Origin: an uncultured bacterium
Lineage (GTDB): Bacteria > Auribacterota > UBA3054 > JAPLST01
Direction: 5' to 3'
NCBI GenBank assembly: GCA_964397565.1
Contig: CAYNJC010000017.1
Span: 15,753 to 79,752 of the forward strand
DNA: 64,000 bases
Position numbers and translations under genes: made by a program. Below are positions 18,712 to 27,329 of this stretch, in pieces; the first letter of the stretch is position 1; each line of letters opens with the position of its first letter. The notes below the pieces were generated by a model that did not search any database, had not been told where the DNA came from, and was given only the letters and a program-made list of their open reading frames with translations.

Positions 18712-19448
18712 CAAGTACCGGCAAGGTTATCCAAGAGGCAATCAGACTTGTGACGGAAACGCCACCTGGTGTCCGGTACAGTGTCCTTCATAAGATGATA
18801 CTCGCAAAATACCCCGACATCCCGTCGAACACAATTCACGGTTCGCTACACAAATTCCGCACTCATTTGCCTGCTGACATCTACTTGCCTTCAAAGGGGC
18901 TCTACAAACACACGAGATTCAAGGACCCGAGGGAGCTTCTTCCGGAAACATCCCCGAGCATCAAACCGGCAACGAAGATGGACGAAGAGCATTTCTACGG
19001 GCAATTCGCACAATGGATTGTCAATGAGTTGGAGGAATGCACAAAGGCAATTCCACTCGGCGGCAACAAGTTCAAGGACAAATGGGGAACACCTGACGTG
19101 ATTGGAATACGTGAACCTCGGAAGAGTGACATCATCAAGCCGCCTACGGAGATCATCGCTGCGGAAATCAAGACTGACTCGCAGGCACTGATTGTCGCCT
19201 TCGGCCAAGCTTGTGCGTACAAACTGTTTTCTCACCGTTCATATATTGTAGTGCCGGATGAGTCATCCGACGAGGACATCGCACGGTTAGACGCCTTGGC
19301 CCGCATATTCGGTATCGGACTGATTCTCTTCGACAAGCAAGAGAAGGAACCAGAATTCGAGATCCGCGTGAGGGCATCAAGACATGAACCAGATATGTTC
19401 TATATCAACAAGTACCTAAAGCTAATCGAGGACGATCTGTTTACATGA
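18708..19448 (+). CDS. Winged-helix-like N-terminal domain + PD-(D/E)XK nuclease-fold protein (Mrr-like architecture), function unknown
   Basis: Own RBS (aggag 8 nt upstream). N-terminal ~70 aa HTH-like (VIQEAIRLV...VRYSVLHKMILAKYPDIPSNTIHGSLHKF). Core WGTPDVIGI...EIIAAEIKTD...QACAYK = D...ExK...Q motif order. Visibly lower GC than the flanks. Confidence 0.5.
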   Translation: MTSTGKVIQEAIRLVTETPPGVRYSVLHKMILAKYPDIPSNTIHGSLHKFRTHLPADIYLPSKGLYKHTRFKDPRELLPETSPSIKPATKMDEEHFYGQFAQWIVNELEECTKAIPLGGNKFKDKWGTPDVIGIREPRKSDIIKPPTEIIAAEIKTDSQALIVAFGQACAYKLFSHRSYIVVPDESSDEDIARLDALARIFGIGLILFDKQEKEPEFEIRVRASRHEPDMFYINKYLKLIEDDLFT

Positions 19449-19464
19449 ACAATGGAACACTGCC

Positions 19465-19545
19465 ACCGACCAGCAAATCGACGCCCTGGTCTACGCACTC
19501 TACGGGCTGGCGCCGGAAGAGATTGAATTGGTGGAGAAAAACTAA
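19465..19545 (+). pseudogene. C-terminal remnant of the same type IIG R-M / PglX-like enzyme
   Basis: Translates to TDQQIDALVYALYGLAPEEIELVEKN-stop, the characteristic C-terminal tail (..VY.LYGLT.EEI..VE) of these methyltransferase-endonucleases. No start codon or upstream domain in frame. Confidence 0.55.
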
Positions 19546-19599
19546 CTCTGGCACTTTCTAACCGTAACGAGCTGTACCAGCGATACAACACGAGGTGGC

Positions 19600-20106
19600 A
19601 TGGACATATTCATTCTTATACCGAAATACTTCTGGTTGATTGCTATCCTTGTGACGAGCATCAATTGCATGATGTTTCGAATAAGAGCAAAAAAGCACAT
19701 TGCCGCGAAGCCAGAGCTCAAAGATGGATATGCAACTTTGTTGCGCGGCTACCTGTTTTGGATGAATCTGCCTTGGGTTGTCATGGGCATTGGCTGCACT
19801 GTTGGGCGCGTTCCTTCCGTGTGGTACTATTTCAGGCCACGCGACGGGAATCCTTATGTACTAGCATGGTTTGCATCCATTGTATTGCTTTGGGTGCTCG
19901 GTACGTTCTGGCTCTTTTTCCGCGGTGGTGCAGAAACGTTGGTTCGGTATCCTGGTGTACTGCAAGCCGGCGGTGGGCTTAAGAGTAGGAACATAGCGAG
20001 CCCTGTCCTCTTCAAGGTCATTTGGTTGTTGGCTCTTACCGGTGGCGTAATCGCCATGGTGACAATGTGGATCTTGGACATTCCCATCCAACATTTCGCA
20101 CAATGA
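19600..20106 (+). CDS. Integral membrane protein (about 4 TM), unknown function
   Basis: RBS gaggtgg upstream. Hydrophobic spans FWLIAILVTSINCMMF, LFWMNLPWVVMGIGCTV, VLAWFASIVLLWVLGTFWLFF, VIWLLALTGGVIAMVTMWIL. AT-richer than the backbone. Confidence 0.5.
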   Translation: MDIFILIPKYFWLIAILVTSINCMMFRIRAKKHIAAKPELKDGYATLLRGYLFWMNLPWVVMGIGCTVGRVPSVWYYFRPRDGNPYVLAWFASIVLLWVLGTFWLFFRGGAETLVRYPGVLQAGGGLKSRNIASPVLFKVIWLLALTGGVIAMVTMWILDIPIQHFAQ

Positions 20107-20258
20107 CGGCCACCGAGCGGGTATGCATTGTCCGTTGACATTTCGGGGGATGATACTCCAAGGCACAATCATTGGTCAACAAGGTGGTCACCAGATCGCA
20201 CGGGCAGGCGCGCAGGGTGGAAGATTAGCGGCAACAGGTCTCGCAAGAAGTCAACCTA

Positions 20259-20666
20259 ATGCATAACAGAATGCGTACAGAAACACTATTCTTGATTGCA
20301 GTGACAATCCTGTTCTTGCAGTCATGCAGTGACGTGGACTACTATCAGGCATTGTTGCAGAGACATGGCTGCATACCAACGGGCGGTACGGTCAGAGTTG
20401 TCTATGATGCTGACATGCACTTGGCGGGCGGTAGAATCCTTTTGGGCATTTCCGGGATGACGCGTTCGCATTGGGAATGGCTTGTCACCAATAGCGAATC
20501 AGCGGCAGGGCCATCACCAAGCCTGATTGGCATGCTTAGAAAGGCCAGCGTGCCTGCACCACAGACTAATGTGGTTGTCCTTTATAGAGATCTGGAGAAC
20601 GGCGGCGGCGCTGAATTGTACCATGCATCGCCCACCGTGACATACATTGAGGTAATTTCGTTCTGA
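20259..20666 (+). CDS. Putative lipoprotein, unknown function
   Basis: TLFLIAVTILFLQSCSD signal plus lipobox. No recognisable domain. Confidence 0.4.
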   Translation: MHNRMRTETLFLIAVTILFLQSCSDVDYYQALLQRHGCIPTGGTVRVVYDADMHLAGGRILLGISGMTRSHWEWLVTNSESAAGPSPSLIGMLRKASVPAPQTNVVVLYRDLENGGGAELYHASPTVTYIEVISF

Positions 20667-20667
20667 A

Positions 20668-20726
20668 GTACCTATGGGGTCAGGCGTTAAAAGGTAACAC
20701 TTCACGTTGACTTCCAGCGGGCATTC
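20668..20726 (+). repeat. Solo copy of the REP-like hairpin repeat associated with the RayT-like transposase
   Basis: agtacctatggggtcaggcgttaaaaggtaacacttcacgttgacttccagcgggcattc is near-identical to 21211-21281. Confidence 0.8.
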
Positions 20727-20753
20727 AGGTCCAGAGTGGGGTCATGCATTGAT

Positions 20754-20916
20754 AGTTGACAAATGCAGCATGGATATTTGGCATATGCAATCAGCAGTGC
20801 CTGATGATTGATCCGTGGCATCCGTGCAATCCGTGGTGGAACGCTGCTGGCAGAAACTTGACCACGGTGGCTTTGTGAAAGACCGGGCTGGCGCTGCATG
20901 CCCCGTGCGGAGCGCG
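20754..20916 (+). repeat. Interspersed repeat, copy 1 (direct partner at 29405-29568)
   Basis: agttgacaaatgca...gattgatcc.tggcatccgtgcaatccgtggtggaacgctgctggcagaa...ctgcatgccccg.gcggagcg aligns by eye at roughly 80 percent identity with the partner. Confidence 0.75.
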
Positions 20917-21261
20917 GCGTGCGCGGAAGAGAATATGAGCAGCGATTATCCGCAGATCACGCAGATGTCGCAGATCGAACACGGACTTTGATTGCCGTCG
21001 TTTGTTTGATTAGAGCGCAGATCGCCAGCTGAACTGGCTCCCACTCTGCCAGGACTTGGATCGCCGTCATTTGTTTCTTTGTTTTCCAAACACTATCTGC
21101 GCAATCGGCGTCATCTGCGCATAGATCTGTTCCGCCGGAGCGACCTCCGGCGCCTGCAGCACGCTTGGCGCTTCTTCGTGCCTTGGCTGGCGTCTGCTAG
21201 TCCCGCCATGAGTACCTATGGGCTACCTATGGGGTCAGGCGTTAAAAGGTAACACTTCACG

Positions 21262-21290
21262 TTGACTTCCAGCGGGCATTCTGGTATAAT
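21262..21290 (+). promoter_or_regulatory. Near-consensus promoter TTGACT-17-TATAAT embedded in the left repeat
   Basis: TTGACT at 21262-21267, TATAAT at 21285-21290. The ATG at 21297 is only 6 nt after the -10, which implies a leaderless or near-leaderless mRNA. Confidence 0.5.
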
Positions 21291-21296
21291 GGACGC

Positions 21297-22292
21297 ATGG
21301 CAAGGCCCTTGCGCATAGAAGGAGCAGGCCTCTGGTACCATGTGCTGTGTCGTGGCAACGGTGGCCAGTGCGTGTTTACCGGCGCGAAAGACTACCAAGG
21401 ATTCCTCGCGCGGCTTGGCACTGTCGCCCTCGCCTTCCACGTTGAAATCCATGCGTACGCGTTGATGACCAACCACCTGCATCTATTCGTGCGAACCCGT
21501 GCGGCAAACCTGAGCAGGTTCATGCAGCGGTTGTTGTCCGGCTACACGCAATGGTTCAACGTCAGGCACGAGACATACGGCCACCTGTTCCAAGGTCGCT
21601 ACAAGGCGCTTCTGGTTGACAAGAATGCCTATGGGGCATCCGTGAGCCGCTACATTCATTTGAATCCAGTGCGGATCGCGGACACAGGCAAACTGACGGT
21701 GGCGCAACGGCAAGCAGCATTACGGGACTACCGCTGGAGCAGTTACCGGGCAATAATCGGATTGGCCAAAGCGGAAGAGTGGCTGGCAACAGACGCTACA
21801 TTGTCGCGCTGGGGCTCTGGATGGCAGCAGCAGCAGAACGGATATGCGAAGTTTGTGGAAGAGGGGCTGATCAAGGATGTAAAGGATCCCGCCGAGGAGG
21901 CAAAGGCGCAGAGCATCTTGGGACACGACCGGTTCGTGGATCGGCTACGGCGGATACTGCGGCAACGCGGAAAGATAGATCGTGAGAGCGAACGAGCCCG
22001 TCGCCAACTGACAGCGGAAAGCGTTGAGACGGTGGTGAAGCGCGTGGCGCAGGCATACCGTGTGAGCCCAGAGGAAGTGAAGAAGACACGGATGGGCCAG
22101 CGTGGCAACGAGGCGCGGCAAGTGGCCATGTGGCTGGCACGCGAGCGGTGCGCTGCGCTGGCGACCGTGCGGGACATCGGCAAGGCGCTGGGCGGGGTGA
22201 GCGGATCAGCGGTGGTGGTGGCGCACCGGCGTTTGAGCCAGATGATGAAGCGCAACAAAAGACTGCAACGAATAGCGAATCGGCTAGTATGA
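21297..22292 (+). CDS. REP-associated tyrosine transposase-like (IS200/RayT Y1 family) with C-terminal DnaA-domain-IV-like HTH
   Basis: WYHVLCRGN..., HUH motif in YALMTNHLHLFVRT, catalytic-Tyr context GHLFQGRYKALLV, YIHLNPVR. C-terminus VAQAYRVSPEEVKK...GNEARQVAMWLARE...IGKALGG.SGSAV resembles the DnaA C-terminal HTH. Confidence 0.75.
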   Translation: MARPLRIEGAGLWYHVLCRGNGGQCVFTGAKDYQGFLARLGTVALAFHVEIHAYALMTNHLHLFVRTRAANLSRFMQRLLSGYTQWFNVRHETYGHLFQGRYKALLVDKNAYGASVSRYIHLNPVRIADTGKLTVAQRQAALRDYRWSSYRAIIGLAKAEEWLATDATLSRWGSGWQQQQNGYAKFVEEGLIKDVKDPAEEAKAQSILGHDRFVDRLRRILRQRGKIDRESERARRQLTAESVETVVKRVAQAYRVSPEEVKKTRMGQRGNEARQVAMWLARERCAALATVRDIGKALGGVSGSAVVVAHRRLSQMMKRNKRLQRIANRLV

Positions 22293-22642
22293 AGTGTCAC
22301 CTTTTAACGCCTGACCCCATTCTGTCTTTGGCGACGTCAGAAGGGCGGCCGCCACGTTTGTTGGCCTCTACAACCGCTCGAAAAACCGGGTTCAAGAGCC
22401 CATTGCAATTCAGGGATGAATATGCCATAATGGCAGCAGCGTAGTTACAATAAAATCGTGTCCGGGAAACCGGTGGCGCTACAACAAGCCGGCCACGCTT
22501 CCGCTGGCCTCGAGGGAGGGCATGTTGGCCTTCCCGTTCTTTTTCAGGAACGGTTAGCCTACGCGTTTTACCGACGCGGACAACATGCGATTCAGGAGCG
22601 GGGACAAGGGCGAAAAGGCACTGGCGGGAACAACTAATTAAC

Positions 22643-24133
22643 ATGGACATTCTCGAGGCAAAAAACATAGTGAAATCATTTCCGGGAGTGAAAGCGCTTT
22701 CCGGAGTTGACTTTTCTGTGCGCCCTGGAGAAGTTCACGCGCTCATGGGGGAGAATGGCGCCGGAAAAAGCACCCTCGTAAAAATCATCACCGGAGTTTA
22801 CAGGCAGGACGATGGCGAAATATTTTTTAACGGGAGGAGCATTAATCCAGGTTCGACAAGAGAAGCGGAAGCCTGCGGCATCAGCACGGTGTATCAGGAG
22901 GTGAATCTTCTTCCGGAAATGTCGGTCGCTGAAAATATCTGCCTCGGACGCCAGCCAAAACTATTTGGTCTGATACACTGGAGCGCCGTCAGAAAACGCG
23001 CCGTGGCGGCGCTAAAAAGACTCGAACTCGACCTTGATGTTTCAAGGAATCTCGCCTACTACTCAATTGCCGTTCAGCAACTGATCGCGATAGCACGCGC
23101 CCTGGACATTGACTGCAAGTTGCTGATCCTGGATGAGCCTACCTCCAGCCTTGATGCAAAAGAGGTGGACGAACTTTTCACCGTGCTTGGAAAACTCCGG
23201 GCCCAGGGAATGGCGATCATCTTCATAACTCACTTCCTTGATCAGGTGTATCAGATAAGCGACAGGATCACCATTCTCAGGGATGGGAGCAAAGTCGGGA
23301 CTTTTGAGACATCCACACTTGCACGTCTTGAAATGGTTGGAAAAATGATTGGAAAAGATCCCGAGCAGGTCAGGGACATGGATAAGAAACGCAAACTTCG
23401 CACAAGCGCAGGCAGGGACTTTCTCAGGGCGGAACACACCGGACGCACAGGAATGCTGTTCCCCATGGATTTGAACATACGCGCAGGCGAAATAATCGGG
23501 CTTGCAGGCCTGCTCGGTTCAGGACGTTCCGAAACCGCGAGAATGCTGTTTGGAGTTGATCCGCCTGATTCCGGCAAACTTATCATAGATGGCAAAGAAA
23601 CGGTCAACAGCTCTCCTGGTAAAGCTGTTAGCCATGGCATTGCGTTGACCGCCGAAGACAGAACAGCCACCGGGATAATTCCCGACCTGACCATCAGGGA
23701 AAACATTGTTCTCGCCCTTCAGGCCAGAGCCGGCATCTTAAAGACCTATACAATTAAAGAACAGCATGCTCTTGCTGACACGTTCATAAAAGCGCTCGGG
23801 ATAAAAACCCCTGACGCGGATCAGCTTACAAAACATCTCAGCGGAGGCAACCAGCAGAAAGTCCTGCTCGCCCGCTGGCTCGCGATGAACCCTAAACTCT
23901 TTATGCTTGATGAGCCGACAAGAGGCATTGATGTTGGCGCTAAGGCTGAAATAGAAAAGGTCATGGCTGAACTCTGTGACAAGGGGATGGCCATGCTTTT
24001 CATCAGTTCTGAAATGGAGGAAGTCACGCGGACATGCGACAGAGTGGTCGTTCTCCGTGACAGAAGGAAGATCGGCGAGATTGCCGGAGAGCAGATAAGC
24101 ATTCAGTCCATCATGAACATGATCGCGGAATAG
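22643..24133 (+). CDS. ytfR: Sugar (furanose) ABC transporter ATP-binding protein, two ABC cassettes
   Basis: GENGAGKSTL Walker A, LSGGNQQKVLLARWL signature, duplicated-cassette CUT2 architecture. Co-located with ytfT/yjfF/ytfQ homologues. Confidence 0.8.
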   Translation: MDILEAKNIVKSFPGVKALSGVDFSVRPGEVHALMGENGAGKSTLVKIITGVYRQDDGEIFFNGRSINPGSTREAEACGISTVYQEVNLLPEMSVAENICLGRQPKLFGLIHWSAVRKRAVAALKRLELDLDVSRNLAYYSIAVQQLIAIARALDIDCKLLILDEPTSSLDAKEVDELFTVLGKLRAQGMAIIFITHFLDQVYQISDRITILRDGSKVGTFETSTLARLEMVGKMIGKDPEQVRDMDKKRKLRTSAGRDFLRAEHTGRTGMLFPMDLNIRAGEIIGLAGLLGSGRSETARMLFGVDPPDSGKLIIDGKETVNSSPGKAVSHGIALTAEDRTATGIIPDLTIRENIVLALQARAGILKTYTIKEQHALADTFIKALGIKTPDADQLTKHLSGGNQQKVLLARWLAMNPKLFMLDEPTRGIDVGAKAEIEKVMAELCDKGMAMLFISSEMEEVTRTCDRVVVLRDRRKIGEIAGEQISIQSIMNMIAE

Positions 24134-24160
24134 CAGCAACATGTGTTGTTGCCTTTAGAG

Positions 24161-25267
24161 ATGATTGGAAACATGGAAAAACAAAACACTATATTCAAGG
24201 ACAACCTGTTCACGCGGCTTTTCTGGCCTCTGATGGCGCTTGGACTTCTGCTTGTCTTCAATCTTATATGCACACAAGGATTCTTCCATATAGAAGTGCG
24301 CGACGGACATTTTTATGGAACGCTCCTTGACATACTAAACCATGGCAGCAAAGTCATGGTTCTTGCCATTGGCATGACGCTGGTTATTGCGACAAAAGGC
24401 GTTGACCTTTCGGTCGGCGCCGTGATGGCGGTTGCGGGCGCCGTGGCGGCTCTGCTTGTAGGCCAGGTCGAGCATGGATGGATATTCTGCGATGGATTCA
24501 CCCTTGGCGGTCTTGTTCCCCTGCTGAACGCCCATCAGCTCTCCTGGTTTCTCCCGGTCATTGCGGCCTTGCTGGTTTCACTGGTCGCAGGCTTCTGGAA
24601 TGCGCTGCTCGTGGCGGGATTCAGAATTCAGCCGATCGTCGCCACCCTTGTCCTGATGGTTGCCGGCAGGGGCATTGCACAGCTAATCACTGACGGACAG
24701 ATAATTACATTCACAAACACGGGCCTTGTTTATCTCGGCAACGGATATTTTCTCCGCGTTCCGGTTTCGGTCTGGATTGCGATGGGCGTTTTCACAGTGG
24801 TCGCGATTCTTGTCAGAAAAACCGCGCTGGGGCTCTTTATAGAATCCGTCGGCAACAATGAAACCGCAAGTTTCTATGCAGGCATCCACTCGAAAACGAT
24901 CAAGGGATTAACCTATGTCATCTGTGGATTGTGCGCCGGTGTTGCAGGTCTTATCGCGTCTTCCAATATCAAATGCGCGGACTCTAATAATGCCGGACTC
25001 TATCTTGAACTTGATGCGATTCTGGCAGTGGTTATCGGTGGAACTTCTCTGAACGGCGGAAGATTCTTTCTCGCCGGTTCAATTGCAGGAGCGATTCTCA
25101 TCCAGACCCTCACGACAACAATGTATGCCAGGGATGTGAGCCCGCACGTGGCGGCAGTCCCTAAAGCTCTTGTCATCATCATGGTCTGTCTCATGCAGTC
25201 GGAAACATTCCGGAACAGAGCGGCGGGAATTTTCAAGAGATCACGAAAGCGGGCATGGTCATTGTGA
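24161..25267 (+). CDS. ytfT: Furanose ABC transporter permease
   Basis: LDILNHGSKVMVLAIGMTLVIATKGVDLSVGAVMAVAGA closely parallels E. coli YtfT as recalled. The start is ambiguous: GTG 24143, ATG 24161 or ATG 24173. Confidence 0.75.
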   Translation: MIGNMEKQNTIFKDNLFTRLFWPLMALGLLLVFNLICTQGFFHIEVRDGHFYGTLLDILNHGSKVMVLAIGMTLVIATKGVDLSVGAVMAVAGAVAALLVGQVEHGWIFCDGFTLGGLVPLLNAHQLSWFLPVIAALLVSLVAGFWNALLVAGFRIQPIVATLVLMVAGRGIAQLITDGQIITFTNTGLVYLGNGYFLRVPVSVWIAMGVFTVVAILVRKTALGLFIESVGNNETASFYAGIHSKTIKGLTYVICGLCAGVAGLIASSNIKCADSNNAGLYLELDAILAVVIGGTSLNGGRFFLAGSIAGAILIQTLTTTMYARDVSPHVAAVPKALVIIMVCLMQSETFRNRAAGIFKRSRKRAWSL

Positions 25268-26247
25268 AATTGCTGAAACTACAGACACGCTATATTCCGC
25301 TGCTTGCTACCGCATCTGTTTTTGCGATCTTGTACAGTATCGGACTTGCAAGTTTTTCACACTTCGGATCTCTCCGTGTCTTTGTCAATCTGCTCGGTGA
25401 CAATGCCTTCCTCGGCATCGCCGCGATTGGCGCCACATTTGTGATTCTTTCAGGCGGGATAGACCTTTCCGTCGGTTCGGTCATCGCATGTACCAGCATA
25501 CTCATGGCCACTCTTCTGGAAAAGGGGTGGGTGCCTGCGACCGTGATTTCAATGGCCCTGCTCTTCGGCATATGCTTTGGCGCCGCGATGGGATGCCTGA
25601 TTCATTGTTTTGCGCTCCCCGCATTTCTCGTGACTCTTGCCGGCATGTTTTTTGCGCGGGGGCTCGGCTTCATTATTCATCCTCAGGCTTTGGGAATCAA
25701 CCATCCGTTTTTCCTGAACACGATAGGAGACAACCTTGCCATCCGACTTCCACACGGTGTTGAGTTTCCATTTACCGCAAGCTGTTTTGTGGTGGCCCTC
25801 CTTGTGGCAATGGCCATTGCCCACATGACCGTTTTCGGAAGGAATGTCTATGCCGTAGGGGGCAATGAACAGGCCGCCAAACTTATGGGCGTCAGGATCG
25901 GGTCTGCAAAACTCATGATCTACACGCTGGCGGGATTTTTCTCCGCGCTTGCCGGCGTTGTTTTCACATTTTACATGCAGTCAGGAAACCCGGCCTCCTG
26001 TGTCGGGCTTGAACTCGACGCCATAGCGGCAGTGGTAATAGGCGGAACTCTTCTTTCCGGCGGCGTAGGATATCTGGCGGGCACATTCCTCGGCATACTT
26101 GTCCTCGGGCTTATCCAGACCTTGATAACATTTCATGGGGATCTCAACACCTGGTGGACAAAGATTGTCATCGGCATGCTTGTCTTAGTATTCATATTGT
26201 TGCAGAATCTCGTGACAACCATGACGAAAAAGGGAATCGCGCAATGA
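25255..26247 (+). CDS. yjfF: Furanose ABC transporter permease
   Basis: NLLGDNAFLGIAAIGATFVILSGGIDLSVGSVIA...LELDAIAAVVIGGTLLSGGVGY...WWTKIVIGMLVLVFILLQ closely parallels E. coli YjfF as recalled. Confidence 0.78.
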   Translation: MVIVKLLKLQTRYIPLLATASVFAILYSIGLASFSHFGSLRVFVNLLGDNAFLGIAAIGATFVILSGGIDLSVGSVIACTSILMATLLEKGWVPATVISMALLFGICFGAAMGCLIHCFALPAFLVTLAGMFFARGLGFIIHPQALGINHPFFLNTIGDNLAIRLPHGVEFPFTASCFVVALLVAMAIAHMTVFGRNVYAVGGNEQAAKLMGVRIGSAKLMIYTLAGFFSALAGVVFTFYMQSGNPASCVGLELDAIAAVVIGGTLLSGGVGYLAGTFLGILVLGLIQTLITFHGDLNTWWTKIVIGMLVLVFILLQNLVTTMTKKGIAQ

Positions 26248-26278
26248 AAACAAACAATCACAGCAAGGAGATCAAGGA

Positions 26279-27247
26279 ATGAAAAAGAAACTCGTGATGC
26301 TGGGGCTCTTAGCCGGCGTTGCAGCATTGTCAATGCTTCTTACAGCATGTGGTCAGGATGAAACAACAAAGAAGAAATTGGTGGTGGGCTTCAGCCAAAT
26401 AGGAGCTGAAAGCGCCTGGCGCACGGCTAATACGACTTCAATTAAGGATGAGGCAGAAAAAAGGGGGATGGCGCTTAAATTCTCGGATGCCCAGCAGAAA
26501 CAGGAAAACCAGATAAAGGCTATCAGAAGTTTTATCGCCCAGGGCGTTGACGTGATTGCTTTTTCTCCAGTTGTTGAGACGGGATGGGAACCGGTCCTCA
26601 AAGAAGCCAAGCGGGCGAAGATTCCGGTGATTCTCTCGGACAGGTCTGTTGAAGTCTCCGATCCAAGTCTGTATGTGACCTTCATCGGTTCCGATTTCGT
26701 AGAGGAAGGACGCAGAGCCGGCCAATGGCTGGCTGAAACAACCGGTGGTAAAGCACAGATTGCGGAACTTGTCGGAACTCCGGGCGCGGCTCCCGCCATT
26801 GACCGCAAAAAAGGATTCGAAGAAGTAATTGCAGAATATCCTGAGATGCAGATCATCAAATCCCAGAGCGGTGATTTTACAAGGGCTAAAGGCAAGGAAG
26901 TCATGGAGGCATTTCTGAAATCTCCGGAAGGCAATACTATAACGGCGCTATATGCCCACAATGACGATATGGCTCTGGGTGCCATTCAGGCAATAGAAGA
27001 GGCCGGGAAGAAACCTGGAAAGGATATTGTAATTGTCTCTATTGACGGTGTCAGGGGAGCTTTTGAAGCGATGGTTGCTGGCAAACTGAACTGCACGGTT
27101 GAATGCAATCCGCTCATAGGCCCTCAGCTTTTCGACGTGATTGAGAACATTACAGATGGCAAGGAAGTTGCCAAACGAGTTGTTTCGGAAGAAGGCGTAT
27201 ACGACCAGACCCAAGCGGCAAAAGCGCTGCCCAAAAGAAAGTACTGA
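26279..27247 (+). CDS. ytfQ: Galactofuranose/arabinofuranose-type periplasmic binding lipoprotein
   Basis: LLTACG lipobox. VVGFSQIGAESAWRTANTTSIKDEAEKRG..LKFSDAQQKQENQIKAIRSFIAQGVD...GWEPVLKEAKRAKIPVILSDR parallels E. coli YtfQ as recalled. Confidence 0.8.
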   Translation: MKKKLVMLGLLAGVAALSMLLTACGQDETTKKKLVVGFSQIGAESAWRTANTTSIKDEAEKRGMALKFSDAQQKQENQIKAIRSFIAQGVDVIAFSPVVETGWEPVLKEAKRAKIPVILSDRSVEVSDPSLYVTFIGSDFVEEGRRAGQWLAETTGGKAQIAELVGTPGAAPAIDRKKGFEEVIAEYPEMQIIKSQSGDFTRAKGKEVMEAFLKSPEGNTITALYAHNDDMALGAIQAIEEAGKKPGKDIVIVSIDGVRGAFEAMVAGKLNCTVECNPLIGPQLFDVIENITDGKEVAKRVVSEEGVYDQTQAAKALPKRKY

Positions 27248-27329
27248 CGATATGAAATTCAATGAACAGTGTTTCAATAGGTCAACTTCTACACACTAAC
27301 TTATTACAACAATGACTCTGGAGATCACC

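Larger units (their letters stand above)
21211..22320 (+). mobile_element. REPtron-like unit: RayT/IS200-like Y1 transposase gene flanked by inverted 27-bp repeats
   Basis: Left atggggtcaggcgttaaaaggtaacac (21229-21255). Right gtgtcaccttttaacgcctgaccccat (22294-22320), which is its reverse complement with 1 mismatch. Confidence 0.65.

Noticed and set aside
22321-22642. The spacer between the transposase unit and ytfR, as a possible regulator gene (track ORF 22297..22668 -) or riboswitch.
   Set aside because: The minus-strand ORF has no recognisable domain and overlaps the right inverted repeat and the ytfR start. No riboswitch-like conserved core was recognisable by eye.
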